From assembly GCA_001003725.1 (NCBI GenBank), contig LCPR01000001.1, positions 23,410-87,409 of the forward strand: a stretch of 64,000 nt of DNA. The letters are read 5' to 3'. This document shows positions 21,086-31,356 of the stretch, piece after piece. This DNA is from Candidatus Saccharibacteria bacterium GW2011_GWC2_48_9. GTDB taxonomy: Bacteria > Patescibacteriota > Saccharimonadia > Saccharimonadales > Saccharimonadaceae. How positions within the stretch are numbered: position 1 is the first letter of the stretch; the number at the start of each line of letters is the position of its first letter. Below the pieces are notes generated by a model. That model worked only from the letters and a program-made list of their open reading frames with translations, was not told where the DNA came from and did not search any database. The translations under genes and the position numbers were made by a program.

Positions 21086-21763
21086 CTATGGTATTTGCTG
21101 TTCAATCCGACTCCATATGCGTCTCGTGACTTCTGGGATGGCTAGTATTTTATTATTCTCGTAACAATCGATACGAATGAACTCAAGCGGAAACTGCTCG
21201 CAAAGAGCTTCATATGCGCCGACTGCTCGCTCCAGGTGGCCTATGTCTGCTTCGTGAACATCTCTTTCTTTGTCTGTGTAATTTCGACTACCTTTTTTGT
21301 CAACCAACTTCTGAGCATGTATCGCAGGCACGATAAGTACTACATTGAGATCTGGCTTCGGGATTTTTAGGTGAGTAAACTCTATTTCGTGAAGCCACTG
21401 ATAGTAACGCGATCTTTCGGCGGGGTCATGGATTTTCTGGCCTTGATGCGCCATGTTTGACCCTGTGAAACGGTTGGATAGTACTACTTTCCCTTCCGCT
21501 AAGTCTTTTGCGATTGACCGCGAAGCTTGAAACCTATCGAGTGAAAAAAATAATGACGGACCGTACGCGCCAAGCGTGTCTGCGTCGCCGTACTGACCGT
21601 TGAGGTACTCCTTTGCGAAATACGACGAAGATTGCGAGTACTGCGGAAAGTCATATAGCGCGATGTTGTGCCCGGTTTGCTGCAGTTTGTCGGCGATGAG
21701 CGCAAATTGTGTACCTTTGCCCGATCCGTCACTGCCTTCGATAACGATAAATTTCCCGCTCAC
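21086..21763 (-). CDS. tmk: Thymidylate kinase
   Basis: IEGSDGSGKGTQ P-loop, LDRF, NRFTGS. Confidence 0.92.
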   Translation of the reverse strand: MSGKFIVIEGSDGSGKGTQFALIADKLQQTGHNIALYDFPQYSQSSSYFAKEYLNGQYGDADTLGAYGPSLFFSLDRFQASRSIAKDLAEGKVVLSNRFTGSNMAHQGQKIHDPAERSRYYQWLHEIEFTHLKIPKPDLNVVLIVPAIHAQKLVDKKGSRNYTDKERDVHEADIGHLERAVGAYEALCEQFPLEFIRIDCYENNKILAIPEVTRRIWSRIEQQIP

Positions 21764-22486
21764 TTACTTTATTCCGTCTGCAAGGCCCTTTATCGTCTCT
21801 GTCTTCTTACGCGTATCTTTATAGGCGCGTGGCAGCATGTCCTCGGGCTTCCAGGTGCGTATTAGCTCATCTAGGTCGCTGGTGTGCTGATACTTGCCAC
21901 TCATGCCCCCGCGGCCATTGCTATAGTCTCCCTCGACTGGACCCGTTTTATGAAATATAAGCTGCCCAATACGCTCGCCGACCGGCAGTACAACCGACTC
22001 GTGCATGTTGAGATTATATATCTCAAGCGTAATGCGATTTATGTAGCCTGGATCAACCCAGCCAGCATCGAAACAGACAGCAACCCCATTGCGGCCCCAG
22101 CTGCTACGACTTTTAACTTCGCACGCACCACCGTGGGTGCGGATACCGACAAACTCGTGCGTATGAGCGAGAATTCTTTCACCAGGTTTTAGTACTATGA
22201 TTGGGTGGTCTTCGGGTATATTTCTGAATAGCTCCAGTCCATATTTTTCACACCAATCCTTGTGAGGCATTGCTTCAAGTGGGCCCTTGAAGTATCGCAT
22301 AACCTCATCTTGGTCGAACGGGTTGTAGATACCTTTTTTTTCCGATCGATATTCTTGCTTGTAAAAATAATGACCAAGCGTAAAGTCTAGACTTGCTTCG
22401 GACACATGTGCTTCGTTGAACGGTACACTCACGATTGCACCATTTTGAATAGCTGTTTTTATCTCAGTATTGCTGTATACACTCAT
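21764..22486 (-). CDS. dcd: dCTP deaminase
   Basis: SLDFTLG, RSSWGRNG, DPGYINRITLEIYN; start reset to ATG 22486. Confidence 0.9.
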   Translation of the reverse strand: MSVYSNTEIKTAIQNGAIVSVPFNEAHVSEASLDFTLGHYFYKQEYRSEKKGIYNPFDQDEVMRYFKGPLEAMPHKDWCEKYGLELFRNIPEDHPIIVLKPGERILAHTHEFVGIRTHGGACEVKSRSSWGRNGVAVCFDAGWVDPGYINRITLEIYNLNMHESVVLPVGERIGQLIFHKTGPVEGDYSNGRGGMSGKYQHTSDLDELIRTWKPEDMLPRAYKDTRKKTETIKGLADGIK

Positions 22487-22573
22487 AACTTTACTTGCGC
22501 TCTTATGAGCTGCTCCCTCACTTTTCTCTACCATCGATTGTAGCATATGGACGATCTTTGGTAAGATGATAAG

Positions 22574-23059
22574 ATGAAATATATTCTCGTCGCCTACGAT
22601 CAAAATCGTGCCATTGGCGCGCACGGCTCCCTGCCGTGGGCAGGTGTGATGAAAGCGGATATGCGTCGAGTGCGGGAGCTTACGACCGGTCATGCAATTA
22701 TTATGGGCCGTAAGACATACGATTCGATAGGCCGAGCATTGCCGAACAGGCAGAATATCGTCGTAGCTCACCATCCATTCAGTGCTCCTGGCATTGAGGT
22801 CGTAGCTTCTCTTGAAGGGGCCTACGCGAAAATTTTGCCAGACCGCAACGCGGTTGTGTTTGGTGGATCTCAGATATATGAACTAGCGCTTGCATCGGTA
22901 GATAGAATACTGGCAACAGAAATACATACAATATTCGATGAAGGTGATGTGTTTTTTCCGATTCTCGATGGCTCATGGCAAGAGGTATCGCGCGAACACC
23001 ATGACAGTGACGCAGAGAATGCGTATCCATTTGACTTTGTGGTCTACGAAAGACGCTAA
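22574..23059 (+). CDS. folA: Dihydrofolate reductase
   Basis: IG..GSLPW, IMGRKTYDSI, LPNRQN, GGSQIY. Confidence 0.97.
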   Translation: MKYILVAYDQNRAIGAHGSLPWAGVMKADMRRVRELTTGHAIIMGRKTYDSIGRALPNRQNIVVAHHPFSAPGIEVVASLEGAYAKILPDRNAVVFGGSQIYELALASVDRILATEIHTIFDEGDVFFPILDGSWQEVSREHHDSDAENAYPFDFVVYERR

Positions 23060-23077
23060 GGCGAAGACGTAGTACTC

Positions 23078-24007
23078 CTATACGGCGATTTGTGCTTTGA
23101 TCGGCGGGTGCGGGTTGTAATTTTCGAGCGTAAAATCGTCGTACGTAAAATCGTCGATATCTTTAATAGCTGGATTGATAGTCATAGTTGGGAGTGGTCG
23201 AGGTTCGCGTGAAAGTTGCTCGTCCACTTGGTTCATGTGGTTAAGGTATATGTGGGCATCGCCAAATGTATGGATAAACTCTCCGACTTTGAGTCCGGTA
23301 ACCTGTGCGATCATCATAGTTAAAAGCGCATACGAAGCTATATTAAATGGTACGCCCAAGAAAAGGTCGGCGCTGCGCTGGTATAGCTGACACGATAATT
23401 TGCCGTCGATGACCATAAACTGAAACAGCGTGTGGCAAGATGGAGGCGCATGGTCGTGACTATCAATAAGTTCTTGTATCTCCCCGACATTCCAGCCAGA
23501 GACTATGATGCGACGCGAAGTCGGGTCGTGTTTGATGAGATTGATGGCATTTGCAATCTGATCGATATCTTCACCGCCCGGCCCCGTCCAGCGCCTCCAT
23601 TGCTTACCATAGATAGGCCCGAGTTCACCCCATTTGAGCGTAAATTCATCATCGTTCTTGATATTTTGGACAAAGCGCTCCAGCTCGCGTGTCCATTCTT
23701 CTGAATAGCGCTCAATCTTATCACTCAAGCCCATATTTTCGAGGTATATCTGATACGCCCACTCATTCCATATCTTGACATCGTTTTGCACGAGATATTG
23801 AATATTTGTGGCTCCTTTGAGCATCCATAGCAACTCATGAACGACTGCTTTCATGTACAGCTTTTTTGTGGTGACTGCTGGAAATCCTTCACTAAGGTCG
23901 AACCGTAGCTGTCTGCCGAATACGCTTTTCGTGCCTGTTCCCGTACGGTCGCCTTTGACCGTACCATTTGCTTGTACATCTTGCAGCAAATCTAGATATT
24001 GTTTCAT
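23078..24007 (-). CDS. thyA: Thymidylate synthase
   Basis: [34 protein letters not shown]. Confidence 0.98.
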   Translation of the reverse strand: MKQYLDLLQDVQANGTVKGDRTGTGTKSVFGRQLRFDLSEGFPAVTTKKLYMKAVVHELLWMLKGATNIQYLVQNDVKIWNEWAYQIYLENMGLSDKIERYSEEWTRELERFVQNIKNDDEFTLKWGELGPIYGKQWRRWTGPGGEDIDQIANAINLIKHDPTSRRIIVSGWNVGEIQELIDSHDHAPPSCHTLFQFMVIDGKLSCQLYQRSADLFLGVPFNIASYALLTMMIAQVTGLKVGEFIHTFGDAHIYLNHMNQVDEQLSREPRPLPTMTINPAIKDIDDFTYDDFTLENYNPHPPIKAQIAV

Positions 24008-24044
24008 TGTTCCTCCGGATTGTTATCGTGAATGAAAATAGATA

Positions 24045-24557
24045 CTATGCACTCGGATCGTTCTTGGTATGATGATTGAGTGCGTATAAGGCGCGACTCA
24101 TTGTAATTTTCGTAGTGAGCACCAAATCTCCAAGCTCCTCGGCGTCGAACCATCGTAACTCTGGTGGTTTATCGGCTTCGGGGGTTAGTTCGTCGGTGTT
24201 GCTTATAAATATGTACGAAGAGTCGACATGGAAATGATTGCCACGACCTTCTCGGTGAATATCTACATCAAACGGCATAGTCTGTGTGGTGCCTTCTGTC
24301 TCATCACGCTCAAGCGCTATATTATCTTGGTAGGTGGGTAGATCCGTGAGATTCTGCTCACGTAAGCCAGTTTCAAGTTTCACTAGCCGTAGTAGTGCAT
24401 CGAGCGGCGTTTCGTCGACACCGATGTGTGTACTAGGGCTTAACCATGTGTAATGTTGTTCATCTCGTCGCAGTAGTACTTTCTTGCCATGTACTATGAC
24501 TGCACTGACAGTAGGATAATACTCGGCTGCACGCTGAGCGGGTGTTGTGTTTGCCAT
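24045..24557 (-). CDS. NUDIX-fold protein with degenerate Nudix box
   Basis: PSTHIGVDETPLDALLRLVKLETGL; WFDAEEL. Confidence 0.75.
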   Translation of the reverse strand: MANTTPAQRAAEYYPTVSAVIVHGKKVLLRRDEQHYTWLSPSTHIGVDETPLDALLRLVKLETGLREQNLTDLPTYQDNIALERDETEGTTQTMPFDVDIHREGRGNHFHVDSSYIFISNTDELTPEADKPPELRWFDAEELGDLVLTTKITMSRALYALNHHTKNDPSA

Positions 24558-24614
24558 ACTCCTCCTTATAGGTCGTTTCGCTCTATATAGTATGACACGG
24601 CTTGCGCTAAACAG

Positions 24615-24640
24615 AAACCCACGCGTGCTTGCGTGGGTTT
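24615..24640 (-). terminator. Terminator after rplA
   Basis: aaacccacgc ... gcgtgggttt. Confidence 0.7.
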
Positions 24641-24663
24641 TTGCAAAGGAGATCTTGCAACTA

Positions 24664-25635
24664 TTAGTTGTTTGTTTCTACCTTTATTCCAGGACCCTGT
24701 GAAGTTGAGATGCTGACACTTTTAACATACGCACTTTTGATGCTTGAAGGCTTTTGGCTCGTCAAACTATCGAAGAATGCTTTTGCGTTATCTGCAAGCT
24801 TATCAGCGCCAAACGATACTTTACCGATGCTGAGGTGGACGATTGCTTGCTTGTCGACGCGGTATTCAACCTTACCAGCCTTCGCTTCAGTCACGGCTTT
24901 GGCAACGTCTGCTGCAACTGTTCCGCTCTTTGGATTTGGCATGAGGCCACGTGGACCAAGTAGTCGTGCGTACTTACCTAGCTTTGGCATGTACTGAGGA
25001 GTAGCCACGAGGATATCAAAGTTGAGTTCTTGCTTATCGAGCTGCTTGGCGAAATCATCATCTCCGACTACGTCTGCACCAGCTTTTTTGGCTGCGGCAT
25101 GCTCAGACTCGGGTGCGAATACTGCGACGCGAATCTTTTTACCCGTACCGTGAGGAAGGCTTACGGTAGCGCGAACATTTTGGTCTGCTTGGCGAGGGTC
25201 AACACCAAGTCGTACGTGCACCTCGACAGATGCGTCGAATTTCGTAGGATTTGTTTCAGTAGCAAGTGACAATGCCTCTGCGAGAGTGTGTACTTTGTTT
25301 GCTTCGACTTTCTTAGCTACTTCTTGGTATTTTTTGCCCCGGCGTTCGATGCGCGGACGTGCAACAGGTACTGGACCTTTTTTCTTGTGCTCTTCGGCTT
25401 CAGGGTCTACAGGTGATGTGTCGCCAGCTTCTTTGCGAGCTTCTTTTTCAGCCTTTTCTTCAGCCTCTGCGATAGCTTTAGTGCTACGCTTGCCGGCTTT
25501 CGCTGGTGCGTCGTCTTTAACTTCGTGCTGCTCTGCCGATGCAATCGCTGCTTCTATCTCGGCGATTGTGTTTTTCTCAGTTACCTCGAGCTTTAGCTCG
25601 GCAGCTTTTTCTAGTAGTTCAGCTTTTTTAGCCAT
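24664..25635 (-). CDS. rplA: 50S ribosomal protein uL1 with about 97 aa N-terminal extension
   Basis: [25 protein letters not shown]; start ATG 25635 after GAAAGGA. Confidence 0.97.
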   Translation of the reverse strand: MAKKAELLEKAAELKLEVTEKNTIAEIEAAIASAEQHEVKDDAPAKAGKRSTKAIAEAEEKAEKEARKEAGDTSPVDPEAEEHKKKGPVPVARPRIERRGKKYQEVAKKVEANKVHTLAEALSLATETNPTKFDASVEVHVRLGVDPRQADQNVRATVSLPHGTGKKIRVAVFAPESEHAAAKKAGADVVGDDDFAKQLDKQELNFDILVATPQYMPKLGKYARLLGPRGLMPNPKSGTVAADVAKAVTEAKAGKVEYRVDKQAIVHLSIGKVSFGADKLADNAKAFFDSLTSQKPSSIKSAYVKSVSISTSQGPGIKVETNN

Positions 25636-25651
25636 AACTATTGATCCTTTC

Positions 25652-25685
25652 TGTGGTGCAAGCGGCTTTTTATGGCCTCCCAGCA
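25652..25685 (-). promoter_or_regulatory. L1-binding leader element
   Basis: Minus strand TGCTGGGAGGC...GCC...ACCACA resembles the GGGAG/ACCAC L1 site. Confidence 0.6.
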
Positions 25686-25763
25686 TTGATATTACGAATA
25701 TAACTATAGCAGAATTCCTGCTAATGTTCAACCACTGCAGTGGCGGTTAATGTTGAGCTAATC

Positions 25764-25798
25764 TAAAAACAGCCCATAGTAACTACAGGCTGTTTTTA
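25764..25798 (-). terminator. Terminator after rplK
   Basis: taaaaacagcc ... ggctgttttta. Confidence 0.7.
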
Positions 25799-25814
25799 AT
25801 TTAGATCGTGCAAT

Positions 25815-26240
25815 TTATTCTACGACTTCGACACCCATACTACGAGCTGTACCCGCGATGGTTTTAATGCGTCCTTCTTCGTCAATCGCGTTGAGCAAAT
25901 CTTTCTTTGCTTCGGCAATTTCTGCGAGCTGAGCTCGAGTAATTGAGCCTACTTTTTCAGCATGCGGTTTGCCACTGCCTTTTTTGATGCCAATTTTTTC
26001 GCGAATTGCATCGTCAACAGGTTGACCAAGACTTTTCCACGCAAACGTACGATCTTCGAACACTTGCATGTGTACGATAACATCTTTGCCCATAAGGTCT
26101 TTGGTTGCATCGTTGAACGGGTTGATGAAATCCATCATGTTCAAGCCCCACTGACCCAGCGTTGAGCCAACAGGAGGTCCTGCGGTCGCGCGACCAGCCG
26201 GAATGCGTAGTTTGAGATTTCCAATAATTTTCTTTGCCAT
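25815..26240 (-). CDS. rplK: 50S ribosomal protein uL11
   Basis: ATAGPPVGSTLG, IAGTARSMG; start ATG 26240. Confidence 0.97.
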   Translation of the reverse strand: MAKKIIGNLKLRIPAGRATAGPPVGSTLGQWGLNMMDFINPFNDATKDLMGKDVIVHMQVFEDRTFAWKSLGQPVDDAIREKIGIKKGSGKPHAEKVGSITRAQLAEIAEAKKDLLNAIDEEGRIKTIAGTARSMGVEVVE

Positions 26241-26340
26241 AGTATTTTTTCCTTCTTTTACTCTAGTAATACCAGAGTGCGTAACGAAATTAGTATACCA
26301 AAAATATTCCATTGTGGCAACCTGCGCTATACTGATAAAC

Positions 26341-26898
26341 ATGAGCAGGATTCACAAGCTTCCACCGGCGCGGGTTATGATCGTTAATTTCATTGGAGGC
26401 ATGGGCTACTACGGTTTGCATTTCGCATGGGTACTTACGTTATTCTTACTTTCATTTTCCGTATTACAATACGTCGTACTTAATGGAGAAGCCGTGATGT
26501 ACAATGCGAACCCAGTAAGCGGGCCGATAGTAGGTTCGACGGGCGCTACTGCCGAGTGGCTTGGTGTGGTGGTTTCTGTAGTTTCGTTCGCAGTGGTAGC
26601 CGTCTTCTTGACACTTCTCCCGTACTGGCTTGGCTATGTATCACGTGGTATACCTCGCTGGATTTTGCGACAAACAATCTGGAAGCCGACGCTCCAAAGC
26701 GTCCATCTCACCAAGCAGGCATGTGTGGCGATTGTCTTTTTCGCATCCTTGATCTCTCTGTACAGCCCGCAGTCTGCGCCGCTCACCAACGTTCCATTCC
26801 TTATTACACTCGGTGCGTGTGCGATAAGTTCACTCTCGTTTGTAGTGCAGTATAAAATAGCTGCGTTCATGAAACTTCACGAACGCAGCGTATATTAA
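26341..26898 (+). CDS. Hypothetical 4-TM membrane protein
   Basis: Hydrophobic helices; GCTATACT 7 nt before ATG 26341. Confidence 0.65.
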   Translation: MSRIHKLPPARVMIVNFIGGMGYYGLHFAWVLTLFLLSFSVLQYVVLNGEAVMYNANPVSGPIVGSTGATAEWLGVVVSVVSFAVVAVFLTLLPYWLGYVSRGIPRWILRQTIWKPTLQSVHLTKQACVAIVFFASLISLYSPQSAPLTNVPFLITLGACAISSLSFVVQYKIAAFMKLHERSVY

Positions 26899-26916
26899 CG
26901 ATATCTACTACTTGCG

Positions 26917-27462
26917 CTAAACTTTTTTGACTTGCAGCGCATCGAGCTCTACAGGAGTGTCGCGGCCGAACATACTGACCATGACTTTGAGCTTACCTTT
27001 TTGGTAATCGATCTCACTGATAGCGCCATCAAATCCCTTGAACGGACCATCAGTGATAGATACCACTTCTCCTTCTGAAAAATCGATCTGATGTTTTGGT
27101 TCTTCGACGCCCATTCGCTTTTTAATTTTGCGAATTTCAGAGTCGGAGACAGGCGTAGGGTCTGTGCCGCTGCCGACAAATCCTGTGACACCTGGCGTAT
27201 TGCGCACAATATACCACGTCTCCTCTGTCAATTTCATTTCTACTAGTACATAACCTTGGAAGATTTTGCGATCAACAACTTTGCGCTTGCCGTTTTTGAT
27301 CTCAATTTGCTTTTCTTTCGGCACCATGACGTCGAAGATTTTATCTGCCATGTCGACTGCATTGATGCGCTGACGAATGCTCTCTGACACCTTATCTTCG
27401 TAGCCACTATATGTGTGTATTGCGTACCATTGTTTGGTTGAATCGTATCGTTTTCGTACCAT
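26917..27462 (-). CDS. nusG: Transcription factor NusG
   Basis: WYAIHTYSGYE, RNTPGVTGF, KOW GPFKGF. Confidence 0.98.
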   Translation of the reverse strand: MVRKRYDSTKQWYAIHTYSGYEDKVSESIRQRINAVDMADKIFDVMVPKEKQIEIKNGKRKVVDRKIFQGYVLVEMKLTEETWYIVRNTPGVTGFVGSGTDPTPVSDSEIRKIKKRMGVEEPKHQIDFSEGEVVSITDGPFKGFDGAISEIDYQKGKLKVMVSMFGRDTPVELDALQVKKV

Positions 27463-27468
27463 TATCGT

Positions 27469-27780
27469 TTACCCTTCTACTAGAAAATCAAATAAATATT
27501 TAAACACTGCATCGAGTAATATCACGAGCACGAAGAAGAATACCGAATACACGATGACTGCCATGGTGAGACCCCAGGTAGCTTTTCGGTCTGGCCAGCG
27601 AACTTGTCGCAGTTCTCGCCACGCGCCAATAAAATAGTTATCGCGTTGCTTTTTCTGCTTTTGCGGTTTTGCTGCTGCCAGTTTCGGCGCATCTTTTTTC
27701 ACAGATTTTTTCTTTTCATCGGTTTTTGCAACGACACGTGTCGTCACTTTTGTAGTCGATGACTTCTTCTTGTCTGCCAA
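27469..27780 (-). CDS. secE: Preprotein translocase SecE
   Basis: ELRQVRWPDRK plus TM; TTG start after GGGAGA. Confidence 0.9.
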   Translation of the reverse strand: MADKKKSSTTKVTTRVVAKTDEKKKSVKKDAPKLAAAKPQKQKKQRDNYFIGAWRELRQVRWPDRKATWGLTMAVIVYSVFFFVLVILLDAVFKYLFDFLVEG

Positions 27781-27878
27781 CGCATTTCTCCCAAAATTAA
27801 AAGCCTGCTTGCTGCAGACTGTCAAGACTAGTATAGCGCCGAACAATAACTGAGTCAAGCCATGCTACAATCGTAAGC

Positions 27879-29000
27879 ATGATAACTCTCAGCGTTTCAG
27901 TGCTTTGTGCACTTGTTGCCGCGGGCGAGATAGCCACGCTTGTGCGCCTACGCCTACTGATGGCTCGCTTTCAAAAGCGGCAAATGATAAGTGCGCCGTC
28001 GATGTTGCGCGACATGCCAAGTGTAAGCGTCTGTATACCTGCACGTAATGAGCGTCATGCAATGACAAGGTGTCTTGAAGCAGTGTTGTCGAGTACGTAT
28101 CCAAAACTTGAAATTATAGTATTGGACGACGAGTCTGTCGACAACACCTCAAATCTCATTCGGGCATTCGCGCATGATGGCGTAAGATTTATTGCAGGTT
28201 CAACTCCACCGAGTGGATGGCTCGGTAAGAACTTTGCGCTTCAATCCCTCGCAGCGCAGGCTAGCGGCACATATGTGCTTTTTCTTGATGTCGATACGAT
28301 TATTTCCCCGTACTCTATCAGTCAAATGGTTGCCTACGCAGAAGCCGAGCAGTCATCGATGATATCGGTATTGCCACAGCGCAGTGACCTTTGGCGGGCC
28401 AGCGTACTACTCGCACCGCTGCGCTACTACTGGCACATAGTGTTTCATCGTACAAGCAGGCCGGTTGTCACGAGCAACGCGTGGATGGTGCGCCGCAAGA
28501 AGCTGCTTGCTGACTTCGAAGGTTTCAAGACCATACGAACAGATGTAGAGCCCGAAGTGACGATTGCTGCGCACTATTATGCCGGCGGTGATTATAAATT
28601 CCTTACGAGTACTCATTTGCTGGGGGTGACGTATGAGAAAAAGATGAGTTCTCAGATAGAGACGGCAATTCGCCTACGATACCCGTCGCTTAGTCGGTCC
28701 ATAGTGCGTTCAATCGGAGCGTCTCTATTGAAAAGTACGGCGGCACTTAGTCCGCTGTTAGCTTTGTGCTATCTGCCGTCTGGCGTATTGCTAGCTGTTG
28801 TGCTGTATGCGCTTGGCTCTATGAGTTATTTGATGTACCTGCAGTTTGTTTGGAAAAAAGGCGCGCTACTTGGCATGTGGTTGTGGCCGCTGGTATTGCT
28901 TGGTGATGCATGGCTCACATTGGTCAGTATGATCCGTTACGAAACACACACGGTCACCTGGAAGGGCCGTTCAATTACTTCGCTGGATCAGCAGGGGTAG
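27879..29000 (+). CDS. Glycosyltransferase family 2
   Basis: VCIPARNE, LDDES.D, GWLGKN, FLDVD. Confidence 0.9.
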   Translation: MITLSVSVLCALVAAGEIATLVRLRLLMARFQKRQMISAPSMLRDMPSVSVCIPARNERHAMTRCLEAVLSSTYPKLEIIVLDDESVDNTSNLIRAFAHDGVRFIAGSTPPSGWLGKNFALQSLAAQASGTYVLFLDVDTIISPYSISQMVAYAEAEQSSMISVLPQRSDLWRASVLLAPLRYYWHIVFHRTSRPVVTSNAWMVRRKKLLADFEGFKTIRTDVEPEVTIAAHYYAGGDYKFLTSTHLLGVTYEKKMSSQIETAIRLRYPSLSRSIVRSIGASLLKSTAALSPLLALCYLPSGVLLAVVLYALGSMSYLMYLQFVWKKGALLGMWLWPLVLLGDAWLTLVSMIRYETHTVTWKGRSITSLDQQG

Positions 29001-30618
29001 CAGATGCGAGTTCGATACTAAATGTCGACCCATGGTTGAGGCGACTCTTAAGCTCAATGTGTGTATCGAGCTTGCGGGCAAGCTTCATGGCTACGTAGAG
29101 GCCTAGACCAGTGCCCCGTGTTTCTCTAGTGCGGTAATCTTCGCTGCGATAGAACTTGTCGAATACCTTTTCTCTATCTGCCTTGCTAATGCCTATGCCA
29201 GTATCAACGACCGAGATATTCACTACACCCTTCGCTTTGGTGGCTTTGATTTTGACACTGCCTTCTTTTGTGTACTTAATAGCATTTGTGATGAAGTTTT
29301 GCAGGAGCTCTGTAAGGTACAGACGGCTTACGTTAACGTGACCAAGTTGATGAGGAATGTCTAAATCAAGCGCTATCTTGGCGTGGTGGGCACTTGGAGA
29401 ATACTCTGTGTAAAGCCCGGTCAGGAGTTCATTCAGGTCAATTAATTCAGAGCCATCAGCAACACCTCGCTCTGCGCGCGAGAGTGTGCTTAGATCATTT
29501 ACCATTTTTGATAAAAAGACGATCTGTTCGTGTGCAGCTTGTAAAGATGGTCGTATGCGTGCCGGTGATGCGAGGCCTTTGTCGTACATGACATCGATAT
29601 TGCTGAGCGTACCTTCGGCAATCGTAAGCGGTGTTCTCAGTTCGTGACTCACCACGCTGATGAATTCGTCTCGCTCCTCGTCAAGATTCTTTTGTTTGGT
29701 AATGTCTCGTAAAATCAGCATGAACCCTTGATCTATATCTAGTCGGCTATGTCGCTTGCCCACTCGAATTGGAGTCACAGACACTTCAAGGCGCACTACT
29801 TCGTCGGCGTAGTGGTAGTATATATCGTCGTATACATGAGTATATTTGTTGCGCTTCATAAGGGAGAAAATATGCATTCGCTTGCCATGTTCATCACGGG
29901 TCTTAAAGACTTCATCTATGTGGTGTCCATTGAGAGAACCGTTTGTGTCAAGTATGCCGAGCGCAGCAGCATTATACATGCGCACAATACCGTGGCTGTC
30001 GACGCTTAGTACTCCCTGCGCAAGGTTGTTCATGAGGGTCGATACGCGGTAGCGTTCTAGTTCGGCTTGCGCCTTGCTCTTTTCGAGGACTGCCTGCCTG
30101 GCGCTCTGTAAGCGCATGAGTGCGGACGCAACGAGAGTGATTGATATCAGGGCGAGCACAACAATGATAATGTCAGCAGTTTGCGGCAGCCTCAGTTCTA
30201 TCGTTCTATAGATATCCAAGATAATGCCGAGGATTAAAATAGTGGCACTGAGTAACAGCCCTTTGGTTTTGTAGACTCGATAGGCCTCGTAGAGCAACAG
30301 TATCAAGGCGAGACTGAGTAGCGAGCCAAATCCTATAGAAGTAAGAATTAACCCTATGGCGACCAACTCTAGACCGATAGTTCGCGCCAGTAATACGCCC
30401 CTCGTGTCGTTGCGTGAGATTACACTATAGAGCGAAAGTAGAGCTCCGCAGGCAGCGAGCAAGTAAAATATACTATCTCCCATATATTTTGCTTGGGGTA
30501 ATACCTCGACCATCACTAAATAGCCTTGGAAAATAAATAGCAGGGTGAATACCACACAGGCGACACGTAGCCACATGCCGGTGCGTAGTACGTGTTTGTT
30601 AGGGTGCTTCCTGCTCAT
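28975..30618 (-). CDS. PAS-domain sensor histidine kinase (no adjacent regulator)
   Basis: SHELRTPL, NFITNAIKYT, DTGIGI, GTGLGL; N-terminal TMs. Confidence 0.93.
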   Translation of the reverse strand: MSRKHPNKHVLRTGMWLRVACVVFTLLFIFQGYLVMVEVLPQAKYMGDSIFYLLAACGALLSLYSVISRNDTRGVLLARTIGLELVAIGLILTSIGFGSLLSLALILLLYEAYRVYKTKGLLLSATILILGIILDIYRTIELRLPQTADIIIVVLALISITLVASALMRLQSARQAVLEKSKAQAELERYRVSTLMNNLAQGVLSVDSHGIVRMYNAAALGILDTNGSLNGHHIDEVFKTRDEHGKRMHIFSLMKRNKYTHVYDDIYYHYADEVVRLEVSVTPIRVGKRHSRLDIDQGFMLILRDITKQKNLDEERDEFISVVSHELRTPLTIAEGTLSNIDVMYDKGLASPARIRPSLQAAHEQIVFLSKMVNDLSTLSRAERGVADGSELIDLNELLTGLYTEYSPSAHHAKIALDLDIPHQLGHVNVSRLYLTELLQNFITNAIKYTKEGSVKIKATKAKGVVNISVVDTGIGISKADREKVFDKFYRSEDYRTRETRGTGLGLYVAMKLARKLDTHIELKSRLNHGSTFSIELASATPADPAK

Positions 30619-30654
30619 AGTTGCTCTTAGTATACCCTACTTAGCGTAAGCGTT

Positions 30655-31344
30655 TCAAATTGTAGGATTGTATTGCTTGAGCGTGCGTCTGTGCGCTTTG
30701 TAGTCGGGGTCTTCTGCCTCAACAAGATGCCAAAAATCCTGGCTATGATTCATTTGCTTTGTGTGGCAAAGTTCATGTACTAGCACATAATCTATCAATT
30801 GAAATGGTAACTGCATGAGTGCAATATTGAGGCTAATCGTACCGTTTGAGCTGCAGCTCCCCCATCTTGTACTTGCATGAGAGAAGCGAACCTTTTCGTA
30901 GTGGCAATCAGCGCTACGTGCGAGCGTAGCAAGCCTTCTTGGTAAATAATGTTTGGCTTCAACACGCAGTGCGGCCTGCATTGCGCTTCGTATTTCCGTT
31001 TGAACTGCCATGTCGTTTACAGTAAGCTCGTTTGGTAGCGACAGCATTATTTTTAAGTCTTGACGTTTCACCTGTAATTTTCCACCCGGCGTGACTATCA
31101 GAGAGTGGCTCTTGCCGATGCGCATGCCGTCTTCGTAGTGAACTTTGGGCGCCTGGGTGTGTAGCATGCCGCGAATGTCTTCGCGCGACGTATTGATAAG
31201 TTTTTTGAGACTTCGGCTAGTAGCGAACACTGGCATCGATGCCCGTAAGCTACCATCTGGCGCAACCGACAGCCGTATATGACGAGAGCGATGGCTAGTG
31301 CGAATGGTTATTTCACCAAATTCTTCATCGATGAGACTGGCCAT
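30655..31344 (-). CDS. YgjP/DUF45-like zinc metallopeptidase
   Basis: RWGSCS, YVLVHELCH, NHSQDFW. Confidence 0.9.
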   Translation of the reverse strand: MASLIDEEFGEITIRTSHRSRHIRLSVAPDGSLRASMPVFATSRSLKKLINTSREDIRGMLHTQAPKVHYEDGMRIGKSHSLIVTPGGKLQVKRQDLKIMLSLPNELTVNDMAVQTEIRSAMQAALRVEAKHYLPRRLATLARSADCHYEKVRFSHASTRWGSCSSNGTISLNIALMQLPFQLIDYVLVHELCHTKQMNHSQDFWHLVEAEDPDYKAHRRTLKQYNPTI

Positions 31345-31356
31345 GTGTATCAGGGT

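Noticed and set aside
21764-22774. 336 aa extended dcd overlapping folA
   Set aside because: The extension overlaps folA on the opposite strand and is not protein-like; ATG 22486 gives a normal-sized Dcd.
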